Assembly (NCBI GenBank): GCA_964397115.1
Contig: CAYNIH010000001.1
Coordinates: forward strand, 1 to 33,259
DNA: 33,259 nucleotides
Reading direction: 5' to 3'
Source: an uncultured Roseivirgaceae bacterium
GTDB taxonomy: Bacteria; Bacteroidota; Bacteroidia; Cytophagales; Cyclobacteriaceae
Under the pieces are notes generated by a model that saw only the letters and a program-made list of their open reading frames with translations, was not told the origin of the DNA and made no database searches. The first letter of the stretch is position 1, and each line of letters begins with the position of its first letter. Made by a program: the position numbers and the translations under genes. Shown piece after piece: positions 1 through 8,166 of this stretch.

Positions 1-1
1 T

Positions 2-1189
2 ATTGCACTGTCGGTGCCCCAGCAGCCCGATGACCTGATGACAATTATCTATACCTCGGGCACAACGGGCAGGCCCAAAGGCGTAATGCATACGGTACAA
101 AACTTTGATACGGTGCTGCAGGTGGTGGACGAGATCATTCCGCAGTTGCCTGCACACCCAAAAATGTTTTCATACCTGCCCCTGAGCCACATTGCCGAGC
201 GGGTGGGCATTGAACTGCTCGGTATCTATAAAGGTTCGGAGATTTCGTTTGCCGAAAGCATCGACACCTTTGCGCAGGATTTAAAAGAAACGCAGCCTGC
301 CATTTTCTTTGCCGTGCCGCGTATCTGGGCAAAAGTGCAGGAAAAGATTCTGGCGAAACTCCCGCAGAAAAAACTCAGCCGCCTGCTCGCCATTCCCCTG
401 CTCTCCGCTCTAATCAAAAAGAAGTTGAAACAAGAACTGGGCCTGGCGCAAGCCGTTTACATCTGTTCGGGTGCTGCGCCTTTATCGGTTTCGGTAATCA
501 ATTGGTTTCAATCCATCGGCATTACCATCTACCAGAACTATGGCATGACGGAAGATTGCGTGCTCTCGCACTTTAACCTGATCGGCCAAAATAAAGTAGG
601 TACGGTAGGCAAGTCGTTGCCGGGAACGAAAACAAAAATTTCGGCCGAAGGAGAGCTGCGCATCCGCAGCAACGCCATCACCAAAGGCTATTACAAAGAG
701 CCGCAACTCACGGCCGATTTGTTTGACGAAGAAGGCTACCTGAAAACGGGCGACATGGCCGAGTACGATTCGGAAGGCTACCTGAAAATTACCGGCCGCG
801 TGAAAGATCAGTTTAAGACCGACAAGGGCAAATACATTTCGCCTGCGCCCATTGAGCTGATGCTTTCGAAGAACCCCGACATTGAGCAGGTGTGCGTGGT
901 GGGCATGGGTGTGCCGCAGCCCATGGCGCTGGTGGTGCTCTCGGCTGCCGGCAAGGCAAAGAGCAAGGAAGCAATAACCGCCAGCCTGAGCCATACCCTT
1001 TCCGAGGTGAACAAAAAAGTTGAAGCCTATGAAAAACTGGAAACGGCCGTGATCATGAAAACAGACTGGACCGTGGACAACGGGCTGTTAACACCAACGC
1101 TTAAAGTAAAGCGCAACGAAGTAGAAAAAATACACCTGCCCAACTACCCGAAATGGTACCACCAGGAAGGACTGGTGGTGTGGGAGTGA
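2..1189 (+). CDS. AMP-dependent synthetase/ligase, long-chain fatty-acid--CoA ligase-like (N-terminus cut off by window start)
   Basis: The frame is open from base 2 (IALSVPQQPDD...), so the listed Met at 14 is internal. It has the AMP-binding signature IIYTSGTTGRPKGV, then YGMTE, KTGD and the C-terminal LTPTLKVKR motif typical of ANL-superfamily acyl-CoA synthetases. Confidence 0.9.
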   Translation: MALSVPQQPDDLMTIIYTSGTTGRPKGVMHTVQNFDTVLQVVDEIIPQLPAHPKMFSYLPLSHIAERVGIELLGIYKGSEISFAESIDTFAQDLKETQPAIFFAVPRIWAKVQEKILAKLPQKKLSRLLAIPLLSALIKKKLKQELGLAQAVYICSGAAPLSVSVINWFQSIGITIYQNYGMTEDCVLSHFNLIGQNKVGTVGKSLPGTKTKISAEGELRIRSNAITKGYYKEPQLTADLFDEEGYLKTGDMAEYDSEGYLKITGRVKDQFKTDKGKYISPAPIELMLSKNPDIEQVCVVGMGVPQPMALVVLSAAGKAKSKEAITASLSHTLSEVNKKVEAYEKLETAVIMKTDWTVDNGLLTPTLKVKRNEVEKIHLPNYPKWYHQEGLVVWE

Positions 1190-1272
1190 CCAAGATCACT
1201 GTGCCTGCTGACGTTAGTCAGACCAGCTTTCTGCAACAACCGGTACTTTAACGTCAACAAACTACCTGGGCC

Positions 1273-1701
1273 ATGAAAAAGGAAACTCCCGTAAGCACCA
1301 TCATGACAAAGAGTGTGCACACCGTTCAGTCGGATGACAAGTTGCTGGATGTTTATGAACTGGTACGGAAGCACCACATCCGCCACGTACCCGTACTTCA
1401 CGGCAAACAGTTGGTGGGCATCATCAGTAAAACCGACCTGAACCGGCTTACCTTCAGCAGCCTGTTTGCCGGTGAGGGCGAGGCAGACGAAGCGGTGCTT
1501 GAAATGCTCAACATCGCACAGGTGATGTCGCACAAACCCCGGGTGGTAAAAGAAACCGACAGCATTAAAAAGGTAGCCGAAATTCTTTCAACCGAAGAGT
1601 TTCATGCACTGCCCGTAGTGGATAAAAAAGACGAGAGTAAACTGGCCGGCATTGTTACCACCACCGATGTGATCAAGTACATGCTCGAAGAGCTGATGTA
1701 A
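1273..1701 (+). CDS. CBS-domain pair protein
   Basis: The 142-aa ORF has two CBS-like modules (IMTKSVHTV...HIRHVPVL..GKQLVGIISKTDL and VMSHKPRVV...FHALPVVD...LAGIVTTTDVIKY). It has no other domain. Confidence 0.8.
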   Translation: MKKETPVSTIMTKSVHTVQSDDKLLDVYELVRKHHIRHVPVLHGKQLVGIISKTDLNRLTFSSLFAGEGEADEAVLEMLNIAQVMSHKPRVVKETDSIKKVAEILSTEEFHALPVVDKKDESKLAGIVTTTDVIKYMLEELM

Positions 1702-1708
1702 CCTTTGC

Positions 1709-2551
1709 CTACTTCATCCTCGCCTTAAAAAACTCCACCGTGTTGTTAAAGGCATCGGCAGTAAATTCTTTATTGTGTTTGGGATTACTGGGGTTGGCAA
1801 AGGCATGGTCGGCCTCATAGGATTTAATGATTAGTTTTTTTCCGGCAGCATTCATGTTTGCCTCAAACTTGTCCATCACGGCTTTGTTAATCCACTGATC
1901 CTGCGTGGGCCAGATGTTGAGCACATCGCAGTTAAGGGTTTTGAGGCGGTCTACATTTTCTTCGGGCATGCCGTAATACATCACACAGGCCACTGCCTGA
2001 TTGCCGGCTGTGAGCGCAGCCTGCAGCGACTGCCCACCGCCAAAACACCAGCCTACTGTTCCTATTCTTGCATTTTTACCGGCATAGGCCAATGCGCCCT
2101 GTACAATGGCGTTGCCGCGTTCCTGCCTGAACGCACTCATCAGCTTGCCGGCTTCCTCGCGTTTATCGGTTACCTGGCCATCGTACATATCCAGGGCCAG
2201 CACGTTTACATTGCCCAGCGCATGATAAAGCTGCTCGGCTTCGCGTTTGATGTGATCGTTCAGCCCCCACCACTCCTGAAAAACAAAAATCCAGTTATTG
2301 GTTTTTTGTCGGGCTTCCAGCAGGTACCCGTTGGCATCGGCACCATTGGGTGTTTTAAACGTAATCATTTTGCCCACCGCACTTTGATGATGGTAGGGCA
2401 GCGGATCGGGATGTGCCATAGTAAATTCTTTAGTTGATGCAAACAAGGCAAACTTTTCGGCAGCCGGAGTATGGCAAACGGTAATGCCATCTTGCCCGCT
2501 TACCGAAGTGACTACAGCGACTGCGTAAATCCAAATAAGTATCTTTTTCAT
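1709..2551 (-). CDS. Secreted dienelactone hydrolase family protein
   Basis: It has an N-terminal signal peptide (MKKILIWIYAVAVVTSVSG). It also has the Cys nucleophile elbow GWCFGGG and a C-terminal ADHAF histidine motif characteristic of the DLH alpha/beta-hydrolase family. Confidence 0.8.
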   Translation of the reverse strand: MKKILIWIYAVAVVTSVSGQDGITVCHTPAAEKFALFASTKEFTMAHPDPLPYHHQSAVGKMITFKTPNGADANGYLLEARQKTNNWIFVFQEWWGLNDHIKREAEQLYHALGNVNVLALDMYDGQVTDKREEAGKLMSAFRQERGNAIVQGALAYAGKNARIGTVGWCFGGGQSLQAALTAGNQAVACVMYYGMPEENVDRLKTLNCDVLNIWPTQDQWINKAVMDKFEANMNAAGKKLIIKSYEADHAFANPSNPKHNKEFTADAFNNTVEFFKARMK

Positions 2552-2563
2552 AATTACATCAGG

Positions 2564-3034
2564 TTACTCTGTTAATTGTCCGCGCTGGATGCGGTCCCAG
2601 GTGATTAAATCGGTGTTTACCGGTTCATAGCCAAGCTGCCGCATCAGCAGGGCTACTTGCCCGCGGTGATACGAAGAGTGATTGACCAGGTGAATCATTA
2701 TGGTTTCCACGTTATTTGTATACGGCTCGCCTTTATAATTGGTATAAGTCAATTCTTCATTAAAGGTATCGCGGCTGCCCGCAAATTGCAACCATTTTTC
2801 AGATGCTTCTGCGCTAAGGCGTGTAAGTTCGGTAAGCGTGTAACGGCCCCATAATTTCACATCGGGCGGGGACAACCGCTGCACACGGTGCAGCCACAAC
2901 ACCTGGGCAGCAAGGATGTGGCCTGTTATTTCCAGCACTTTCTCGTCCGTAACCTGCTGGCCGATAAGGGCATTCATCAGCCGGTGGTTGGCCCAGGCAT
3001 TGTAACGGTATAACCGGAGAACGTATTCTTTCAT
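2564..3034 (-). CDS. DinB family protein
   Basis: The 156-aa ORF has a four-helix-bundle-type pattern with N-terminal YNAWAN and conserved His positions (ITGHILAAQ; HLVNHSSYHRGQ) typical of DinB/DinB_2 metal-binding proteins. Confidence 0.75.
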   Translation of the reverse strand: MKEYVLRLYRYNAWANHRLMNALIGQQVTDEKVLEITGHILAAQVLWLHRVQRLSPPDVKLWGRYTLTELTRLSAEASEKWLQFAGSRDTFNEELTYTNYKGEPYTNNVETIMIHLVNHSSYHRGQVALLMRQLGYEPVNTDLITWDRIQRGQLTE

Positions 3035-3221
3035 CTGTTGCTAATTTTACGTTTAGGTTACATGGGTTTCCCGAATAATCATCACCGGTTGATGCAGCGC
3101 ATTTACGCGGGCATTTCCTAACTTAGCGTAAAACCCTGCACACGGTACCAAAATTAGTTGTTTACTCCAAATCGGGTATGGTTTCCGAACTTTTTACATC
3201 ACTAATCAGCTTTGAACTGGT

Positions 3222-3497
3222 ATGACCGATACCTCCCGCGAAATAGCTCAGCAGCAACTTCACATCTGGCTCAGCAAACCGGTAGCCGAGCGCTTCCATT
3301 TGGCCGCCACCGCCATGGATGAATCCATCTTCCAGGCCCGCGCACTGATACGAAAAAATAATCCGGGTATTTCGATGGGAGATTTGCAGGCTGAATTCAT
3401 TGGCCTGCACTATCAGGATGAACGGGATGCCGACTACCTTAAGGGCGCTATGGACTGGATACGGGAAAAGTACCGCCAGCCGAAAAAAGCCGGTTGA
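3222..3497 (+). CDS. Hypothetical small protein (91 aa)
   Basis: This clean ORF sits in an otherwise empty interval and has a non-repetitive, balanced amino-acid composition. Its stop directly abuts the stop of the convergent gene at 3498. I recognise no family. Confidence 0.45.
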   Translation: MTDTSREIAQQQLHIWLSKPVAERFHLAATAMDESIFQARALIRKNNPGISMGDLQAEFIGLHYQDERDADYLKGAMDWIREKYRQPKKAG

Positions 3498-4100
3498 TTA
3501 CACCAGAAATTTCTCCTTATCCAGTATCCAGCCGGTAACGCTCAGCCGCTCGCGTGTTGCCGGCAGCACCTCGTGTTCAATGCGGTCGCTGCGAAAGCAA
3601 ACCAGCCTGCCGGCTTCGGGCAACACATCGCGGGTACGGCCGGGAAGGTACAACCGCAACTCTCCTCCTTCTTCTGCCTTCCAGTCTTTATTTAAATAAC
3701 AGATTACGGACAGTTTCCGGTGGTCATCCTGTTTAAACTGATCGAGGTGGCGTTTGTAAAATGTGCCCGGGGGGTAGAGCGTAAAATGCACTTCGGCATC
3801 CTTGAGGCTGAGAAACAGGTTCCTGTTAAGGTAGCGGATGAGTTCATCAAGCCGGTGGAGGTACACGCTGGCCGCAGCAGGGGCCGTGGCCTTATCAATC
3901 CATTGAATGTAATCTCCGCGAATCTCTTCTTTCACCTGCCCCTGCTTGCTGATGCCTGCTTTTTTGAATGTGCTGCGTTGAGCCTGAAAATGAGGGAGCG
4001 CCAGAATCGCCTCCACTTCAGCCTGGCTTAAAAATTGGTCGGTAATGGCAAATTCCTGTTCGGCCAAACCCGTTGCGATGCTGTCGAAAAGGAGGTTCAT
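3498..4100 (-). CDS. 2OG-Fe(II) oxygenase (prolyl 4-hydroxylase-like)
   Basis: It has the HxD...H facial triad (KRHLDQF ... RIEHEVLP) and a distal Arg (RERLSVTGW). Length and motif order are typical of the P4Hc/2OG-FeII_Oxy family. Confidence 0.8.
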   Translation of the reverse strand: MNLLFDSIATGLAEQEFAITDQFLSQAEVEAILALPHFQAQRSTFKKAGISKQGQVKEEIRGDYIQWIDKATAPAAASVYLHRLDELIRYLNRNLFLSLKDAEVHFTLYPPGTFYKRHLDQFKQDDHRKLSVICYLNKDWKAEEGGELRLYLPGRTRDVLPEAGRLVCFRSDRIEHEVLPATRERLSVTGWILDKEKFLV

Positions 4101-4138
4101 GTAACAAAGTTAACTGCCGATTGTCTATACTTACGCTG

Positions 4139-4627
4139 ATGATTCAAAAATCAACATTCTTTATTCATTACCCGTCATGTTGCCGGGGGGTTTCCTCCGT
4201 TATGCTGATTGCCCTTGTGTTTCTCTTTTCATGTACTCCGAAAGAAAAGGTAGAGCTGCGCAAAATAAAAGATATTGTGGTGGATGCCACGACCGAGCCG
4301 ATGCTCCGGGCCAATGCCGTGCTCTACAATCCCAATAAAATCAGCATGACACTACGCAACATTGATATGGAAGTTTTTGTTGACGGAAAAAAAGCTGCAT
4401 TGATTAACCAGCAATTAAAAGCAAAGGTGCCGGCCCAAGCCGAGTTTACCGTACCCCTTGAAGTGAAGCTGAACCTGAAAGAACTCGGCATCTTTGATAC
4501 CCTGCTGGCCGTACTGGGCGGCAAAAAAATGAAAATCCGGTACAAGGGGTTCATCCGGTTTATCTACAAAACCGTGCCCGTAACCATCCCGGTTGATTAC
4601 CAGGAGGAAATCCGGGTGCGCATCTGA
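4139..4627 (+). CDS. LEA type-2 (WHy/LEA14-like) family lipoprotein
   Basis: A start at ATG 4139 (or 4202) avoids the overlap with the convergent gene that the 4073 start would create. It has a lipobox LFSC after a hydrophobic stretch. The core VLYNPNKISMTL..IDMEVFVDGKKAA...VPAQAEFTVPLEV matches the LEA_2 pattern as I remember it. Confidence 0.6.
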   Translation: MIQKSTFFIHYPSCCRGVSSVMLIALVFLFSCTPKEKVELRKIKDIVVDATTEPMLRANAVLYNPNKISMTLRNIDMEVFVDGKKAALINQQLKAKVPAQAEFTVPLEVKLNLKELGIFDTLLAVLGGKKMKIRYKGFIRFIYKTVPVTIPVDYQEEIRVRI

Positions 4628-4661
4628 TGGCAAATCCTTACCTTCATCGCTTGGATTTTTT

Positions 4662-5420
4662 ATGAAGGAATACCCATCAGACGGTGCAACACAGGTACAG
4701 GAACTTCTTCAGAAAATTGAAGAACTAACACAAAGCCAGCGCCACCTGCTCACCATCGCCTCGCACGATGTGAAATCTCCTTTTAACCGAATCCATGCGC
4801 TGTTGCAACTGCTGCAGATGAACAGCTCGAACCTGACGGACGACCAGAAAAACTACATCGAAAAAATGCACATTGTTGTGGCCGATGGCATGGCCATGAT
4901 CCGCAACCTGATTGACTACCGGAATCTTGAGTTCCAGGGCATCGCACTATCACCCGCCTCATTTTCTCTCCGGGAATTTATTCATGCCTCGTTAAAGGCT
5001 GTTGATGGGGTTGCCCGCAAAAAACAACTTTTACTTACCGCCTCACCGGTTACCGATTTCGAACTACATACCGACCGGCATTGCCTGCAGCGCGCATTCG
5101 ATAACCTGCTCTCTAATGCCATTAAGTTTTCGTTTCCGGGAAAAAGTGTGCGGGTGCAGGCAGTGGTTTCAGAAACCAACGTTGCCCTTTCCGTTCAGGA
5201 CGAGGCGCTTGGATTTTTACCGGAGGAGCAGGCGCGCCTGTTTCAAAAATTCAGCAAACTGTCTAATCGCCCTACCGGAGGCGAAAGTTCAACGGGCCTG
5301 GGGCTGTACATCGCCCGGGCCATGATGCAAAAAATCAACGGACGGGTTGAATACCTCACAACCACAGGTGTTGGCAGTACGTTCTCATTGGTCTTTCCTC
5401 CATCTTTCGGGCAGGAGTGA
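4662..5420 (+). CDS. Minimal cytoplasmic sensor histidine kinase (HisKA + HATPase_c only)
   Basis: The start is chosen at MKEYPSDG (ATG 4662). It has an H-box (IASHDVKSPFNRI), an N-box (LLSNAIKFS) and a G-box (STGLGLYIARAMM). Only about 25 aa precede the DHp helix, with no TM segment or PAS/GAF domain. Confidence 0.85.
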   Translation: MKEYPSDGATQVQELLQKIEELTQSQRHLLTIASHDVKSPFNRIHALLQLLQMNSSNLTDDQKNYIEKMHIVVADGMAMIRNLIDYRNLEFQGIALSPASFSLREFIHASLKAVDGVARKKQLLLTASPVTDFELHTDRHCLQRAFDNLLSNAIKFSFPGKSVRVQAVVSETNVALSVQDEALGFLPEEQARLFQKFSKLSNRPTGGESSTGLGLYIARAMMQKINGRVEYLTTTGVGSTFSLVFPPSFGQE

Positions 5421-5437
5421 TGCCAAGCGCCAACGTA

Positions 5438-5806
5438 GTCGTTATGCTGAGCGTCAGCGAAGCAGGTTTGCACGGCCAGGACAAAAGGTCCTTCGCTCCA
5501 AACAGGACAACAGTTTAGTCGTTATGCTGAGCGAAGCGAAGCATCTTTTACGGAGTTGCCCGGACAAGTCAAAAGGTCCTTCGCTTCGCTCAGGACAACA
5601 GGGAAAATTTTGGGGAGTCGTTATGCTGAGCGAAGCGAAGCATCTTTGCAAGAGTTTTGCAAAGCCAGACCAAAAGGTCCTTCGCTTCGCTCAGGACGAC
5701 AGGGAAAATTTTGGGGAGTCGTTATGCTGAGCGTCAGCGAAGCATCTTTGGGAAGTTTGGCCATGCAAAGCTAAAAAGGCCCTTCGCCTTCGGCTCAGGA
5801 CAGCGG
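5438..5806. repeat. Tandem array of four palindromic (REP/BIME- or MITE-like) units
   Basis: The units start at 5438, 5518, 5617 and 5718 and are 80, 99, 101 and about 89 bp long. Each begins GTCGTTATGCTGAGCG(AA/TCA)GCGAAGCA and ends AAAAGGTCCTTCGCTTCGCTCAGGAC(A/G)ACAG. The two arms are reverse complements (core CTGAGCGAAGCGAAG / CTTCGCTTCGCTCAG). Unit 3 has an inner 8-bp hairpin CTTTGCAA-gagt-TTGCAAAG. Confidence 0.85.
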
Positions 5807-5808
5807 AC

Positions 5809-6192
5809 TTAATTAAAAAGATAATAATCCTCGTCTTTGCCTTCGAGGATGGCTTTTAACGATTCAATGACGCTGTCGTCTTTGATCACGTAATCGCGGA
5901 CGCCTTTACGGATAAAATTAAGCACGAGGTTGCCATCGTCAATGGCGCTCATCATGATGAGCTTATTCTGATCTTTGAGTTTGGCCTTGATCGCTTCGTA
6001 AAAATCAATGCCCGTTTTACCCGGCAACTTGTAATCCACAATAAACGCATCGGGCAGGGGGCCGCCATTCATTGCACTCAGGCATTCCTCGGCCGACTTG
6101 AAACTCCTGATTTTCAAATCCGGATTCTGAGCAAGCGCCCGCTGGATGAACTCAGCGTAAATCTCATCGTCTTCGATGATGTGGATGGTCAT
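5809..6192 (-). CDS. Stand-alone response regulator receiver (CheY-like, no output domain)
   Basis: It has the acidic pocket IIEDDE, a phospho-acceptor context (FIVDYKLPGKTG) and the conserved MSA...DYVIKD. The start is taken at MTIHII (6192); an alternative upstream Met is at 6222. The protein ends right after the receiver fold. Confidence 0.85.
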   Translation of the reverse strand: MTIHIIEDDEIYAEFIQRALAQNPDLKIRSFKSAEECLSAMNGGPLPDAFIVDYKLPGKTGIDFYEAIKAKLKDQNKLIMMSAIDDGNLVLNFIRKGVRDYVIKDDSVIESLKAILEGKDEDYYLFN

Positions 6193-6341
6193 AGTGTCGG
6201 TAAACTGAATTCTAACCTGCAATATAATAAAGAATCGCTTGGACGGCTACCTCCAGAAAAATCAAAATTTTATTGATTTCAAGTAAAAAATAAGGTTTTT
6301 CATCAACTCAGGCGGTAATTTCCATGCTTCAAACAATCACC

Positions 6342-8081
6342 ATGAAAAACCTCATCCTTTTTTTTGCTTTAATGCTGTTGCTGGATACCCGGTGTAACCT
6401 ACCTGGCGGCCAAAGCACGGCTAACCTGAAATTTTCCATATCCTTCACTGCCGATATGAGCGATCAGGCTCAGGACGGTCGGCTGCTGCTCATGCTGGCC
6501 AACAACAACAAGGCCGAACCGCGCCACCAAATTGTTGACGGCCTCTCTACCCAGCTGGTGTTTGGGGTGGATGTGGAAGGCGTGAAACCCGGTGATCAGA
6601 TGATTGTGGATGCGGAGGCATTCGGCTACCCCATTGAAAGTTTGAAGGATGTTCCTCCGGGCGAGTACCACGTTCAGGCCCTGCTTAACCGTTACGAAAC
6701 CTTTACACTGAAAACAGGGCACACCGTAAAACTCCCTCCCGACCAGGGCGAAGGACAACAATGGAATAGTAAACCTGGAAACTTTTACAGCACCCCCATT
6801 AAAGTGGTGGTTGACCCCTCTAAAAAGGAAACCATCCGCGTGGTGATGGATCAGAAAATCCCTCCGGTAACCGAACCAAAAGACACCAGGTACATCCGCC
6901 ACATTAAAATACAAAGCAAACTGCTCACCGAATTCTGGGGCAGGCCCATGTTTCTCGGAGCGCACGTGCTGGTACCCGAAGGGTTTGACGATCATCCCGA
7001 TGCCCGCTACCCGCTCATGATTTTTCACGGACATTTTCCGGATGACTTTGGTGGTTTTAGCGAAACACCTCCCGATCCGAATATGGATACTACGGATTAT
7101 CTCGGTCGGTTTAATATTTATGGTTATAAAAAAATTCAGGCCCAGGAAGCGTACAACTTTTACAAGCAATGGACAAGCGAAAATTTTCCTCGCTTTCTCA
7201 TTATCGAAATCCAGCATGCCAACCCGTATTACGATGACTCCTACGCGGTGAACTCAGCCAACCTGGGCCCCTATGGCGATGCCATCATGCACGAACTCAT
7301 CCCCGAAATTGAAAAGCAGTTCCGCGGCATCGGGCAGGGATGGGCGCGCTTTACCTATGGCGGCTCCACCGGAGGCTGGGAGGCTCTGGCCGCACAGGTG
7401 TTTTACCCCGATGAACTGAACGGCTGCTTTGCCGCCTGCCCCGACCCGATTGATTTCCGCGCCTACTGCCTGGTGGATATTTACAAAGACAAAAACGCCT
7501 ACTATTACGAGAGCGACTTTAAGAAACTGGAGCGCCCCGGCTATCGCAACTACCTGGGCCAGATTACCGCCACCCTGCGCGAGATGAACCACCGCGAACT
7601 GGCCCTGGGCACCAAGTCGCGCTCAGGCCAGCAGTGGGACATCTGGGAGGCCGTGTATTCTCCACAAGGCGGAGACGGCTACCCCAAACGGTTGTGGGAT
7701 AAAGTTACCGGTGAAATTGACCATACTGTGTCCGAATACTGGAAAGAAAACTACGACCTGCGCTATATTCTTGAGCGCGACTGGGATAAGCTTGGTCCGA
7801 AGCTGCAGGGCAAAATCCACATCTATTGTGGCGACATGGATAATTACTACCTGAACAACGCAGTGTATTTAATGGAAGAGTTTTTAAAGAAAACCAAAAA
7901 TCCGTTTTACGGTGGCGAAGTGGACTATGGCGACCGGGCCGAGCACTGCTGGAATGGCGACCACAACAATCCCAACTACATTTCGCGCCTGCGCTACAAC
8001 ACCATGTACCTGCCAAAAATCTTAAAGCGCATTGAGGTAAGCGCCCCGAAAGGAGCGGATGTGAAGAGTTGGAGGTATTAG
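6342..8081 (+). CDS. Secreted esterase-family (alpha/beta hydrolase, enterochelin-esterase-like) protein with N-terminal beta-rich domain
   Basis: It has the signal peptide MKNLILFFALMLLL. The C-terminal half has a nucleophile elbow YGGSTGGWEA (G-x-S-x-G) and downstream GDMDNYY and EHCW motifs compatible with Asp/His triad members. The family assignment is from memory of the putative esterase family, not from a search. Confidence 0.65.
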   Translation: MKNLILFFALMLLLDTRCNLPGGQSTANLKFSISFTADMSDQAQDGRLLLMLANNNKAEPRHQIVDGLSTQLVFGVDVEGVKPGDQMIVDAEAFGYPIESLKDVPPGEYHVQALLNRYETFTLKTGHTVKLPPDQGEGQQWNSKPGNFYSTPIKVVVDPSKKETIRVVMDQKIPPVTEPKDTRYIRHIKIQSKLLTEFWGRPMFLGAHVLVPEGFDDHPDARYPLMIFHGHFPDDFGGFSETPPDPNMDTTDYLGRFNIYGYKKIQAQEAYNFYKQWTSENFPRFLIIEIQHANPYYDDSYAVNSANLGPYGDAIMHELIPEIEKQFRGIGQGWARFTYGGSTGGWEALAAQVFYPDELNGCFAACPDPIDFRAYCLVDIYKDKNAYYYESDFKKLERPGYRNYLGQITATLREMNHRELALGTKSRSGQQWDIWEAVYSPQGGDGYPKRLWDKVTGEIDHTVSEYWKENYDLRYILERDWDKLGPKLQGKIHIYCGDMDNYYLNNAVYLMEEFLKKTKNPFYGGEVDYGDRAEHCWNGDHNNPNYISRLRYNTMYLPKILKRIEVSAPKGADVKSWRY

Positions 8082-8166
8082 GTGAGGTGTGATAACTGGT
8101 AGAGAGAAGATGGGTTGTTATACTGCCCTACGCCCGTGTCATAAATGCAGCCGGTTGTGAAAAGCC

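Noticed and set aside
4073-4138. Longer N-terminal extensions offered by the ORF track (4073, 4593, 6324, 8718, 9687, 17489, 26382 and the TTG at 27621)
   Set aside because: The extensions overlap neighbouring genes or add Cys/Arg-rich or otherwise non-native-looking residues. They sit ahead of obvious signal peptides or lipoboxes, or ahead of start codons that abut or overlap the upstream stop. Internal Met starts give canonical N-termini. Start choices remain predictions.
5347-5774. ORFs 5347-5730(+), 5556-5774(+), 5454-5651(-) and 5243-5473(-) in the ORF track
   Set aside because: They run through the repeat array, and their repetitive peptide motifs (VVMLSEAKHL, KGPSLRSGQQGKFWG) simply translate the DNA repeat. 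They have no start context or independent coding signal.
5438-5806. Possible CRISPR array (a 28-nt repeat recurring every 80-101 bp)
   Set aside because: The 'spacers' are not unique. Each contains the conserved reverse-complement arm (AAAAGGTCCTTCGCTTCGCTCAGGAC) and a conserved GGGAAAATTTTGGGGA linker. Spacing is irregular and too long, and no cas genes or leader are present. It is a palindromic tandem repeat, not a CRISPR.
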